Shown piece by piece: positions 11,713-24,185 of a DNA stretch of 64,000 bases. This DNA is from Lytechinus pictus (lineage: Eukaryota): positions 30,258,001 to 30,322,000 of the forward strand of contig NC_087245.1 of the NCBI RefSeq assembly GCF_037042905.1. Reading direction: 5' to 3'. The stretch's first letter is position 1, and every line of letters starts with the position of its first letter. The notes beneath the pieces are model-generated. The model had not been told where the DNA came from, made no database searches, and saw only the letters and a program-made list of their open reading frames with translations. The translations under genes and the position numbers were made by a program.

Positions 11713-13236
11713 TTACACACACACCGCCAAAAATGGCCGGTGCCCCCCCCTGAAAAAGCAAGGACCCCCATTGCCCCCCCCGGGGGGGGGGGGGGAATCC
11801 TAGCTACGCCACTGTCTGTGAAGGTCCGAAAACGCTGGAAATTAAAAGCCATGTTAACGTGAATTTTTGTTGCACGTGGTCGTAACATAAAGCTATTACG
11901 TAATAGCTTCATGGTCGTATCATGCATGCACTGTACTGCGTGCCCGTGTGTATAACGTATTTCGATATGGCTGTTGGTTGTGCGAAAGACGAAATCAGAG
12001 AGCAGGAAGTGGAAAGCGAACTACCCGATTTCGTTTTCGCTGTCTGCGTTTTTCCAAACAGAATCAGGGGGTAGAAAGCGTGTTCTGATTTTGTTTTTAA
12101 TATATAACAAACACAGGTATAGAATGAGGTATCAGAGAGGACCAAAAGTATTTCTGATTTCATTCTTCTGTTTTTGATCTCCAAAAATGAAATCACAACG
12201 GGGTTTTTCTCGTTGTGATTTCGTTTTTGTGTTTTCAAAGACCAATCCATGAGGTTGACTTCCGTTTTTGCTCTACGAAAATCAGGAATGAAAAACGAAT
12301 TATCCATTAGTACCCTGATTGAAAGTGCTAGTGAAAGGAGTACATTGCTTGCATATATATCGCGGGAAGTTATTCAAAAGCGCGGGCCGTTGAAACTCCA
12401 AGATCCAAAAGTGCGCATGCTCGTAATATCGGGCTTGTTGCCTCGCTCGAGCAGGAATCGCTCTTCTTGCGATGGTGCAGACGGGGTTTCTTGAATCTCG
12501 AGATTAATCGCGAAGTGGGCCGATCGGGCTAGAATCTCGAGATTGAGCAAACTCGGGATGGTGCAGCACCGAATAATGTGGTCACTTTGGTAGATCGCAA
12601 GGAAAACAGTGGGGCAGGACGGGACATTGGGCTTCAGAAACAACATGACATTTAAATATTCAAGAAGCTTCAAATGGTATTTTGTTATTATATGTTACTT
12701 CAAGCGTGAAATGAGTACCTACTGGGTGAAATTAGTACCCTTCCTAGCAAATATCAAACTTAGAAAAATCAAATTCGTTACTTCTGTAGTGCGATTTATA
12801 AATTGTATTGACGAAATTGTCGGCTACATTTTTATTTTCAATCATTTTATTCATCACTAGTCAGTAGGCCAATAGCAAAAAAGGTCATGTTTATTAAGAA
12901 AGATACAAAAGGCTCAATCGCTTTGGAATTCAACACGAAATCTAATTTCTGAGCTATTTTTCAAATCTATATGTATCAAAACCCCTTGAAATGCTGGTTT
13001 TCTTATTTATCTTTCTGCCTACACACGATAACAAAATTTGTCGACCACTTGTCAAAATTTCAAGACTTCGTTACCTAAAAAATGCGCTATACCAGAAAAA
13101 ACATTGAGTCGTGAATCGGGTGCTTTAAAAGCGAAAATAACTCATTTCTTTCGGCGGCGGGGGAAGGGGAATGGAGGAGTGATAAGCTCCCAATTTAGTT
13201 TAGGATTACATAACAATTATAAGAGTACATACTCAC

Positions 13237-13464
13237 CGTTTGTCTCCCACACTGCTATGACCTCTATTTGAAAAGCTGAATGATCCGGGTTCTCACCGCG
13301 TCCAGGTGTGTCAATGTCAAGATAAGTAATGTTGGGTCTAAACTGATTCTCACAATAGATCGTCCTGGGGAGGCAATACCACGCTAACCATGCACTGGAT
13401 GCATCCACTACTACGGACACCATGGACCGATGTTCAAAGAGTACTGACGTTTCTGGGTCGAGGT
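13237..13464 (-). CDS. Coding exon 3 of a secreted CUB-like protein (C-terminal half of the domain)
   Basis: Acceptor TTCTTTATTCCAAAG and donor G|GTGAGT. 228 nt, phase 1-1, open: (D)LDPETSVLFEHRSMVSVVVDASSAWLAWYCLPRTIYCENQFRPNITYLDIDTPGRGENPDHSAFQIEVIAVWETN. Confidence 0.75.
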
Positions 13465-13559
13465 CTTTGGAATAAAGAATGATTGAGTGATTGATTGATC
13501 GATTTCATTCGTCAAGAATATTACAGGATATAAGATATAAACAGAGGGGGGATACCATG

Positions 13560-14432
13560 ACATTTTTTATTCCATGTATACTAAAAATGTCGATATTCAT
13601 CATTGTCCTACTAGGTCAGTCGGGCTCTTTCATCCACCAAGTGCTAGAACCATCCTTTTGAATAAAACATTTATTTTTACAGGTATCAAACTTTGGAACT
13701 CCATTATAGAATCATTACGTAACAAACCAACACATTTAAGTTTCAGTCGGGGGTTAAAGAAAATCCTTGGGAATAAACCCCAGAACTAAAACATTTCTGT
13801 GTAAGCAGCTACCACCTCTTTTGTTCTTCTTCCCTTATTTTCTTCCTTCCCTTCCCCCCTCTCCTCTCACATATCTTTTCTCTCTCACTCTCTTCCTATC
13901 ATCTTAATGTCTAGTTCTATTTCTTTTCTAATCTTCCTGTTTGTCTATGTTTTGTAGTGTGTTTTGTTTTGTTTCTTTTCCTTTTTGATGTCTTGTCCTG
14001 TTCTGTACTGTTTTGTTTTTGTTTGTGTGTGTGTGTCCTTTTTGTTTTTGTCTTCGTTTTGTTTTTAGTATTCGTCTTGTCTTGTCTAAGTGATTGTCCG
14101 TTCACATACTCCTGAACTCAGGGGGGGGGGTTTATACAGCAGGAGTATGATATATTTTTTTGTTAATTGTAACATAGTGAGTAGGCATAAAAAGCTTGAC
14201 CAGTATTCTTTTTCATTGTACAAGCCTCTTTAATTTACGAATTGAATTTCATTGATCAAATATATACTTTAATTAACTATTTATTGCATGTAACCCATAC
14301 CAGCAAGCGTTGCTTTCCAGTGGTTTTCCTTTTTTCATTTCTGTATATTATATTTTTTCGTATTTTGCTATATATTGAAACTTTTGTTAAATTTTGGAAT
14401 GAAAAAGAATAAATGCAATCAATCAATCAAGC
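13560..14432 (+). mobile_element. 3' fragment of an L2/Crack-like LINE
   Basis: Peptide ...HHCPTRS...ARTILLNKTFIFTGIKLWNSI...SFSRGLKKIL parallels the C-terminus of ORF 53919..54308. Pyrimidine-rich 3' UTR, AATAAA and (CAAT)n tail. Confidence 0.7.
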
Positions 14433-14810
14433 AGATTAATCAATGATTACCGATTGACTTATTTCCAATGCGGTCCTATGGTAGGATAAAAACAATATTG
14501 TAACAACAAAAGAATAAAAAAAATGATAAATAAAAGAATATGGTAGAAAATAACAATTCCATCAATCATATAATTTTAAAAAACGTGAAGCAAACATCCA
14601 TTATCTATTCTATATATTAACGTACCCTACAATATCAAGAATACTGCGAACCAACTGTACAAAATGTGTGCTTTTTATTGGTAATACTGTTCTCGAGTAC
14701 ATTCCAGGAGGGGTATTCTGAAAAGTATCATAAGTATCATAACCCATTTAATGGAGCGCTAATAGACCTCCAAATTCATATTCTTGAAACTCTAGTAGCG
14801 CTCAACTTAA

Positions 14811-15066
14811 GAGGACAAGTCCACCCAAACAAAACATTGATTTGAATAAAAAAAATCCAACAAGAATAACACTAGAAATTTCATCAAAATCGGAGGTAAA
14901 ATAAGAAAGTTATGATATTTTAAATTTTCGCTTAATTTCACAAAACACTTATATGGACATCCTTGTCTTAATGCAAATGAGGGGACTGATGACGTCATCC
15001 ACTAACTATTTTGTTTGTATTTTCGTGTATGAAATAGGAAATATTATATTTTTTCTCCTCATTGTC
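14811..15066 (+). mobile_element. Fragment of a TTAA-specific (Kolobok-like) MITE
   Basis: Begins TTAA|GAGGACAAGTCCACCC. Shares AATAAGAAAGTTATG and layout with the MITE at 24186. The second end is missing. Confidence 0.55.
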
Positions 15067-15239
15067 ACGAACGCCACGAACGCAATGGAGACGGGTGTGT
15101 AATTCAATATCCGGTAATATTGCACTGCCTTATTTTTTTTACTTTCCTTTCGAATATACCTCGTATCATGATTTTGCAGCTTATAACTTTCAATTAACGT
15201 CATCTTGAAATATTATAGTCCACATTGGTAATAGTTATA

Positions 15240-18200
15240 TTGGATTAACTCATAAACATGTATTTTCCCGGAAAATGGTATTCGGAGGAAAGAAGATTTC
15301 TATAAGACATGTCATACATGTCAGATTATTGGTAAGCTAGGCACAGCCTTCTATCAAGCCTGCTGCATTTAATTAACCTTTTACTAGGGTTCTTGTTAAT
15401 TGTGTTGGACCCTTACCCAGAACGAGGTCGGGTCACAGATTTCTCCTGACGATCATGGACTTGTCTACACGTTTTCAGGAGGCGATACCATTGATGAGTA
15501 TCATTGCAAAGACAGTGGTACAGGCGTTAGTGCAGTCTTTCACTCGGTATGGTCTGCCTAAGGAAATACAGTTTGACTAAGGGTCAAGTTTCATGTCAGG
15601 AATTTTTCAGCAAGTTATGAGGGAGTTGGGAATAAAGCAGACCAAAATCTCTGTTTATCACTCACAGTCCCCAGGAGTGTTAGAACGCTATCATCAGACC
15701 CTGAAGACCATGACTGGGGCTTCTTGTGAAGACTATCCCGATGTCTGGGATAAAGGAATCCCACTCCTACTGTTTGCAACTAGGGATTCCCCTAATGAGT
15801 CCACAGGTTTCAGTCCATTTGAATTGGTCTATGGTCATGAGGTTAGCGGCCCCTAAAGCTTATCAAAGAGATGTTTACGGTTGAGGATGATGATGTAAAC
15901 CTTATAGATAAGACTATGTGTCAAAGTTTAGAGAAAGGCTCTCAAAAGCTTGTGATGTAGCTAAGGAACAGTTGAAAGTGTTGCAGGGAAAAATGAAAGC
16001 TCAAGCTGACAAAAATGCAAGAAAGCGAAGTTTCAGGCCTGGAGACAAAGTGTTAGTGTTGTTGCCTTTGCAAGGTGAGCCCTTGAAAGCTAGGTTTAGT
16101 GGTCCATAGTCAACAAGAAATTGAATGATGTCAACTATGCGATCAGTACCCCTGATCGAAGAAAGTCTCAAAGAGTTTGTTATGTAAACATGTTGAAAGA
16201 ATACTTTGAGTGAGAGGCTAGTCAGTCAATAGGTACAACATAGGTCAAAGAAGACAAGAAACATGTAGATGTACATGAAAATGGATGCTATGGAAAGACA
16301 GATAATAAATTGTCTCATCAGGTGTATCTAAGAACGAACCATGTGGTGTAAAGTTGTCTAACTCTGAAATGTTAGGAAATATGGATTAGGCATTAAAACA
16401 CCTGCCTGAAGATCAGATAAATGATATATATGGCATGTTAAAAGACTATGAGAATGTGTGTAAAGACAAACCAGGGCGTACACCTTTAACTGTTGTTAAA
16501 TATAAGAAGAATTGTAAGAGCAATTACATTCATTTATTTAGTTATTTCCTCTTTAAGGATATTTTGGAATGATAAAGAATATTCCAGAACATGTTTGTAA
16601 AAGCTTTTGGCTATTTAAAAGCCAAAGAATTTTATTTTTGAATAGGGAAAAGCAAACAATAGATTCCTCAGGCAGTGGAAGAGAGACAATACAGACTGCT
16701 AAACAATAGGGATTGCTTTATAATAGTATTGTATTGGTAGTGGAAATACATAATAGGATTAGCTATGTGTTGATTTCACTGAGGTCATTTAAGAATGTTT
16801 TAGAAATGTAGAATTTTCCAGAAAGAAAGGAGAATGTTTTGTAAAGACAATACTATAATAATCTAGAATAGCTGAAATGTGCATATATAACTGGAGTTTT
16901 CTTCAAGGATATCATCACATCATATCAGATTACTTCATCAGATCAGATCACAACAGAACTCAGAGTTTCACGCCAGACTTTATGTCAGAGCGGAGTTTAT
17001 TTCCACCTGGAATATTTATATTCTGTGGAATTATTTGCCCGTCATCAGTGAACTGTTTGCAGTAATTTTGAGAGAGGAATTCTCAGTTCTCATCGAGATC
17101 ATCAACATCATCAACCTGATTAATGAACGCTTTTCAACTCTGAATTTGACCGTTAATCATCATCATCGTCTTCACGGACATTTCAACTCGTTACAGTGAC
17201 TCTCATTATTCATCGTGCTTCAACATCAGTTTCATCGTCGTCGCCATCTTTGTAAACAGAGTTTTCGCCAGCCAACTGGGATACTATCATTTGGAATAAC
17301 ACCAGAACTGACCTCAAGAGATTGTTGTAAGATATTTTGTTTTAATTTTGTTTAAGTACATGATTTGTAAATGTATAAATAATTTCCTGTAATAAAAAAA
17401 GGAAATTCAACTTCAATATATTTCATTGTTATTTGTTGCAGTATCGTAACACTGTACATGATGTAGACGTAGGTGATGTAAGACCTATCAAACAGAATCA
17501 TTATAGGCTCAATCCAAGCAAGAAATGGTGAATAAGGAAATACAGTAACTTAGACTGACTCGTTTCCAATTCCTAGGTTAGAAGATTGTATTGATAGGGT
17601 TGGAAATTCGGCCTATATCACAAAGTTAGACTTGCTTAAATGATATTGGCAAGTGCCACTGACTGACCGAGCCAAAGAGATATCAGCCTTTGTTACACCT
17701 GAATGTTTATTTTAATGCAAAGTGATACCTTTTGGAATGGAAAATGCGCCAGCAACCTTCCAAAGGTTAACAAATCAAGTGATTGCTGGGCTTGACAATT
17801 GTGTCGTATGCATTGAAGACACCCCTGTGTACAGTGATACTTGGAATGATCATCTGGATCATTTGAGAGCACTGTTTGACAGGCTGGATAAAGCCAAGCT
17901 AATAGTGAATCTGATGAAGAGTGAATTTGCCAAGGCAAAGATCACATATCTTGGTCATGTGGTTGGTCAAGGGCAAGTGCTATCAAGAGAAGCCAAGATA
18001 TATAATCTTAGACTTCCCAATCCCCACAACTAAGAAACAATTGCTCAGATTCTTAGGTATGAGTGGGTTTTACAGGAAATTTGTTCCAAATTACAGAACA
18101 GTGGTTAGTCCTCTGACAAACCTGCTGAAGGCACAAAATGAAGTATGTTTGGTCCCCCAGGTTCGGTCTGACGAATGTCAGAGATCATTTGAGAAATTAA

Positions 18201-18606
18201 AGGCCATTTTGGTAAATGAGCCTGTTTTGGCAGCTCCAAGTTTCACAAAGCCATTCAAAGTAGCTATTGATGCATGTGATGTTGGAGTATTGCTCCAAGA
18301 AGATGAAGAAAGCATAAAAAACAGTGTGCTACTTACCAAAGAAACTTAGTCGGTTTCAGAATAAGTACTCAACTATTGAAAAGGGAGCCCTGAGAATCGT
18401 ATTTGCCCTTCAGCAGTTTGAGGTCTATCTAACCAATGGAGAGATTACAGTCTATACAGACCATAATCCTCTTGTGTTTTTGGAGAAATTCAAAACAAAG
18501 AATCAACGACTCTATAGATGGAGCCTTATGCTCGAACCATTCCCATTGAAAATTGTACACATAAAAGGAAATAATAATGTAATTGCTGATTCTCTTTCAA
18601 GAGTAT
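15240..18606 (+). pseudogene. pol: Decayed Ty3/gypsy pol, Gmr1-type order integrase > RT > RNase H
   Basis: INT: CHTCQ, VGPLPRT, ERYHQTLK, FSPFELVYG, FRPGDKVLVLLP...FSGP (15300-16110). RT: FPIPRLEDCID, LDLLK*YWQVPL, PFGMENAPATFQRL, degenerate CIED in place of YxDD. RNase H: F.VAIDACD.G, YSTIEK, VYTDHNPL, ADSLSR. Many stops and frameshifts. Confidence 0.92.
16494..17451 (+). mobile_element. Solo LTR (958 bp) inserted into pol
   Basis: TGTTA...TAACA termini. 4-bp TSD CTGT (16490-16493, 17452-17455). TATATAA near 16884 and AATAAA near 17391. Removing it restores PGRTPLTVHDVDVGDVRPIKQ. Confidence 0.92.
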
Positions 18607-20019
18607 AAAAAGTAAAATTATTCATGCTTTTCACCAAGTGTGCCATTTGAAGAAAATGTCTTTGATGTTCATTGATATAAACATGTTTGTTTGTACTATA
18701 CCTTTGTACATGATAATGTAAATGATTTATCAAGATGACTTTGAAAAGTTAAAGGAAAAAAGTCATCTTAAAGAAACCATTACTACGGTGAAGCTTTCTT
18801 TTCCACGGTAGAATTGTAAGAGCAATTACATTTATTTAGTTAGTTATTTCCTCTTTAAGGATATTCATAGCATATAATGATTAAAAATATTCCACAATGT
18901 CTCAGTAAAGCTTTGTTAGGCATGCATATTTAATGAGGCTGTGTAATTTTTGTTTCTGAATAGAGATTGCTACACGATAGATTCCTAGTGGCAGTGAAAA
19001 AAAACAATAGGATTGGCTATATTGTTTACATTGTTAATTCACTGATAGTATCCCATAATTAGTAACCATCTGGAATAAAATTATTGGAAATGGTTTTTTG
19101 ACTGATTTGAGGAGGTATGGGTGTCAACATTTACCAAAAAAAAAAGTTAGGAGGAATACCGGTTGGGGAAAGTGCTTTTTTTCAAGGTCAAAGGTCAATG
19201 ACCTTTTTAAATATACTGTATCATGGTATCTCCCAGATAAAATATTACAGGTTGGTGATCATGATGTCAAAATGCACAGATTCTTACAAGAAGATCAAAT
19301 AAAATCAAACCAAGCACCTACAATGCTCATTCACCCATGAAATTCAAGGTCAAAGCCTTTCAAAGGTCAATGACCTTTTTTACATTATATACAATATACG
19401 GTATAACGGTATCTCTGAGATGAAAAGGCATAGGTTGGTGATCTTGGTGTCAAAATGCAGAAGTTCTTACAGGAAGATTAAATAAGATAAAATTAAGTAC
19501 CCAGAATGCACATTAAACAAAAACATTCAAGGTCAAAGCCTTTCAAAGGTCATTGACCTTTTTTACATTATATACCATATACGGTATAATGGTATCTCTG
19601 AGATGAAAAGGCGCAGGATGGTGATCTTGGTGTCAAAATGCACAGATTCTTACAAGAAGATCAAATAAAATAAAATCAAGTACCTACAATGCTCATTCAC
19701 CAATGAAATTCAAGGTCAAAGCCTTTCAAAGTTCAATTACCTTTTTTACATTATATACCATATACGGTATAATGACATCTCTGAGATGAAAAAGCGCAGG
19801 TTGGTGATCTTGGTGTCAAAATGCAGAGGCTCTTTTATACAGGAAGATCAAATAAATAAAATTAAGTACCCAGAAAACATATTAATCCATAAAGTTCAAG
19901 GTCAAAGGTCAATGACCTTTTTACATCAATATATCATATAATGTATTTTAAAGACGACTCGGCGATTTAAAATGATTTATTAGTCGGTGAACAATGCCAG
20001 GTCATGAAGGTATTTGTAA

Positions 20020-20190
20020 TTTAGAATGGCGCGGTTGACGAGGTGATACGTCACAATGATATGGCGCGCCAGCCTGTTTGGTTTATGCGCACAATGACAA
20101 TAATTTGTACTGGGCGCAAGGAGCGCGCATGTTTTGGCGCGCGCGCCTAGGTGTGAAGGCGCGAAAAATCCTTCATTTTAGTCTTGGCTT
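20020..20190 (+). promoter_or_regulatory. CpG-rich promoter-like segment with E2F-type sites
   Basis: TTTGGCGC (20133-20140), GGCGCGAAAA (20158-20167) and TACGTCA. Initiator-like TCATT/TTAGT at about 20173-20182. Strong donor CCG|GTGAGT at 20997. Confidence 0.5.
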
Positions 20191-23100
20191 TCAACGGAGA
20201 TGAACGTCCAAAGTATTCGCTTGTAATTTTTCTTACGACCTTGCATTTTTGAAGACGTCGTAATCTACAAAGAACAACGAGATCTACAAGAATTTTTTGT
20301 TGAAACCATCATCGATCGGGACTCATCACAATTTCGCTTATGAAGCTGTAAATGCAGTCCGAATTACTTGATGATGCTCTATTTCTTGCCTGGCCTAATA
20401 ATTATAACTCGTCTGCTTTGACTTTGAACCAAGTTTAATACGACGGGGAGCTACCGTATCGATTAGGCCTATATGTTAACAGCAGTCAGCAGATCGGCTG
20501 GGCCCTAACTTTGAGCTGTTTGGTTTCAGCAACGATGGGAACGAATGATGAGAATGTGACTCAAGCTGCTGGATGGAATTCAGTTCATTCGGCTTTTCAT
20601 AAGTCTGGACTTTTTATTGAGACTGAGAGTCTTGTTAACGACCAGGATTTGGGACTGGCAACAAAACAATTTAGCACGGGCCCTGCCCTAGGCTAGAGAC
20701 TAGGCCTAGGACTACATTGGCAACGAAATCATCCATAAGTTAGACATTGTCGGCGACGCCATGATACAGTCGACTATGATTCATCATGATCACCCAATGA
20801 TATGACTACGAGTATTGAATGTTTTTTCGGAAGTCAGAGGTCCTACTCCCGAGTCTTAGCTCCCGAGTCTGCCTGTGACTGGAGGTGAGGCGACGGTCTG
20901 GTTTGGCAGCGGAACGGGGACCGGGGTACTCGTCGTGGTCGGTACCACTACCAGACAATTCACAAGTTCCAGTCTCTACAAGACCTAGCCTATCCGGTGA
21001 GTACGGAAGCAGGAATAGGCTTAGATCTAGGCTAGACTCAGTTTAGATTTAGGTCTAGGCCTACGGTTTAGTGTTAAATAGTACCGTAGGTCTATGCCTA
21101 ACGTTAAGCCTATTGCTGTAGTGCTAACTTAGAGTTAGATTAAAAGTTAGGGCCTTAGGCTTAAATGAATCGTAGAAGAGACCTGCTTTGTATTAACGAG
21201 CAGGTAGGCCTGTCTAGGCCTGGCTTTAGATTTCGAACAACATCATGTTCTTATTGGTCAGGAGTTGTTAACTTTAGTTGGGCTCTGAATCCTTTTCATT
21301 CCAATTTCATGGCCCGTCAATCCCCCCCTCCCCCGGTTTTCACGTTACTTAGAACGCGAAGATCCTAGGCTATTGCCATAGGCTAGGCATAAGACTAGTT
21401 AAGGTAGTCAGGCCAACATGGTTCGATGGGGGGGGGGGGGGGTTATTTGGCTTGTCAACACAGTTGGGGCTTAGATTTGCATATATAGGTCAAATGTCAA
21501 GCCATAACTTGGACTTGGCCTGGAATTAATTTTAAACTTGGTCCAAGCGGTTTATACGATCATGATTGAAAAGGGAGTGGTTATCGTCATAATTCAATCA
21601 CGGGCCTAGGCCTGGTCCTATTTTACTACCGGTACTTGTTTTAGTGTCTGAACTAGGTCACTAGGTGTGTCATGGTGATTTTTAAAATGAGTTCAACAAT
21701 TTTAACGTTAATTACCGTATCGTACTAGGTGTAGGCCCTAGTTCATGGCTGTGGTTAATATGGATGTAAATACATTTTCACAGCCGGTGGTTTGGAAATT
21801 GAGGTTAGTCTACCTCAGTAAATACCTACATTGAGGTTCTAAAACTTCGGCCAGTATCGATGTATATTTACGATGGAAAATTAAAGAAAAATGAAGTCTA
21901 TAGAGGCCGATATAAAATTGGTTCTAACATTACAGCTTATTCTAGGCCTAGTGATGGGCTAGGCTAAGATCTATTTAAGACCATGATTAATTTTAAGCCG
22001 CCGTTTTTGCAAAATGGTGAGAATAACAGAGGGCTACTAGTGATTGGCGAAAAGTTCGAACTTTTTCGGTATTGATAAATAACTGAGTGAGAAATGTCAC
22101 TTTGTTATAAATTTACAAGTAGTCTACTACAGGTACTCGGGCTACATTTTAATGGTGACACCACAGAGGAAATTAGGCTAGGTCCAACGTTAGATCTACT
22201 TACAGTAGACGCGGTTTTACATGTCTGTTTTGGGGATAGATCAGCTGGTTCAGTTAGGCCTATAAAAGTAGTATTTGACCTCTGTGACTTTTTCTGGATA
22301 TATGGGCCAGCGAGAGCTGTGTTCTCGGTCTAAAAGTTATGTGGATAGACCGGTAGTGGAAGAGCTTATACTAGATATGTATACGTCTACCGGTACTCAG
22401 TTTTCAAATGAACATCCACAGACTGCGACGGGCATGATATTATTGTTGAATCAGTCACTTGAAAAGTAGCGGATGTGGCTTAGCATTATGACATGTGATT
22501 GTATGGATTTCTTACAGTCTTTTAAAGGAAAATAACTAGAGTTTATATTATTGAAAATAATACTATTTATTGCTGATGTATATGATACAGTGTGATAATG
22601 ATTATACATAAAATATAAATACCTACACCTTGCACCAAGCAGTTCTGTTTATACATTTACGCCTTGGAAGGGGGTTGGTTTTTGGAATTCACTTTGCATG
22701 AATTGAATGCCGATGCTTGGTGGAAATGTGAGCTTCAGGTTTCGAGGAAACATGATACACGTAAAAGTAGACTTACCATGCACATAATAATCGGATGTAT
22801 TATTGTAATTTCGAACTAGCTTGGAATCCCCAAATTGGTTTAGATTGAAGTCAAGGGGTTCAACGAGCAGTTTGTTATAATATTATAGCCATATAGGCCT
22901 CCTAATAAGAAACCTTTATGTAATAGGAGTCGTTTGTGTGCGATGATTTGGTGTTGATTTTATTTTGTGAAAAAGAAATAGAAATGCTTAGGCCCTATTG
23001 GAATTGAATTGAATAACTGGTTTTTATATAGCGCTTTATATCAACCTCGAAGTCGAACTGCTCAAAGCACTTCACAATTGAACCTAGTGACACCTCATGG

Positions 23101-23757
23101 TTCAAGGTATATATCAAATAGGCCTATTTGGCTGGTCAATGATTGGAACTGAGATAATATCGATAATATCATTTTAAAAAGAATGATAATAATTATAGAT
23201 TTGGTATAAATGATCAAGGCGGCAAATAAAATAATAAATAATGATGAGGAGCTAATTCCTGGAAGGCACTGAGTGTAAATGGGCCTGTGTGGGAAGGTCT
23301 GAAATCTTGTAGATGCACCATGCTGTCATTTCCCCCCTTTGCTTTCGGGGGACACAATACGGATGCCTTTAATGCAATAAGCCATGTAGGTAAACTGGCC
23401 AATCAAACGAAATTTACCGATTGCACAATCAGAAACCAGGTTACAAAAGTACCGGTACATCTTTTTTTTTGGAATTGTACAGCGTGTGAAATATTTTGTT
23501 GGTGGCCCGTTGATTATGAAAATGTTTCCGATGGGCTGGATGCAATAATTTGGCTCCATTATTTCTGCAGTGATATAGAGGTAAACTGAATACTGAAAAG
23601 TCTGAAATAATAATGATAATATATAATCAAAATGATAAAAGTTATAGTCATTTGTAACAGATAATTTGAAGCTTAATCTGGTTTTGAAATATTGTCTAAG
23701 TTGCGACACGCACATGTATGCAGATGATATTGCATCGCTGGTTGGGGTTGTACTGTA

Positions 23758-23987
23758 CACTCTTAAAAAAAAAAAAAAAAAGGTTTACCCAATATTGGGT
23801 AGAATGGGATCATGCATGTTAGTTGGGTAGAAAGATACCCAATATGTTGTAAATTTTACGCAATGTTGCTTTGAAATAGCCCAATTTGGGGTAAAAAAAA
23901 AAAAAAAAAAAAAAAAAATACCCAGCAAACATGTATGTTCCCTTTCTGCCCAATTTGGGTAGAATTTTGCTGAGTATTTTTAGAGTG
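23758..23987. mobile_element. Tc1/mariner-type MITE
   Basis: TA|CACTCT...AGAGTG|TA with internal TACCCAA/TTGGGTA repeats. Second copy at 45956-46155. Confidence 0.85.
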
Positions 23988-24185
23988 TAAGGAATTAGAA
24001 AATTAAAGTTCAAAAATGTTTCTTTAAAAAATGAAACATAAGGAGCAGGACTACTGATTATTCCGTGAAGGCGGTTTGCAGATGTTTCGGGAAGCTGCTC
24101 CTTTCGTGTTAAGCTCATAATCGAGTGATAAATTGAAAGGGAAGGCAGAGGGACAAACCCATTTTGGTACTAGATACAGACTTAA

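Larger units (their letters stand above)
2256..12320. mobile_element. Foldback-type non-autonomous DNA element, 10,065 bp, long inverted arms, 6-bp TSD GAAAGT
   Basis: Ends AATCAGGGTACTAATGGATAATTCG ... CGAATTATCCATTAGTACCCTGATT. GAAAGT at 2250-2255 and 12321-12326. The outer ~350 bp are essentially identical (ORF-track peptides 2239+ and 11909- match). Inverted identity continues into the 194-bp repeats. Confidence 0.92.
1616..12573 (-). mobile_element. PIF/Harbinger deletion derivative, about 0.9 kb of its own sequence, split by the foldback element
   Basis: Inverted ends CTGCACCATCCCGAGTTT (about 1623-1640, and reverse complement about 12549-12566). Subterminal GGTGCAGACG and TCTCGAGAT repeats at both ends. 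Minus-strand peptide PSVWSLPKSIHWWDTIVAYE (about 1960-2020) after an R/E-rich stretch resembles Harbinger transposase N-termini. TSD unclear. Confidence 0.65.

Noticed and set aside
2707..11814. Independent hAT insertion carrying the satellite
   Set aside because: The flanks are inverted repeats, not an 8-bp direct TSD.
23000..23080. Separate ncRNA hairpin
   Set aside because: It matches the generic L2/SINE 3' tail (GCTTTGAG...AAGCGCTATATAAA plus a short-repeat tail) on the minus strand. It is a tiny retroposon scrap, like 37590-37640.
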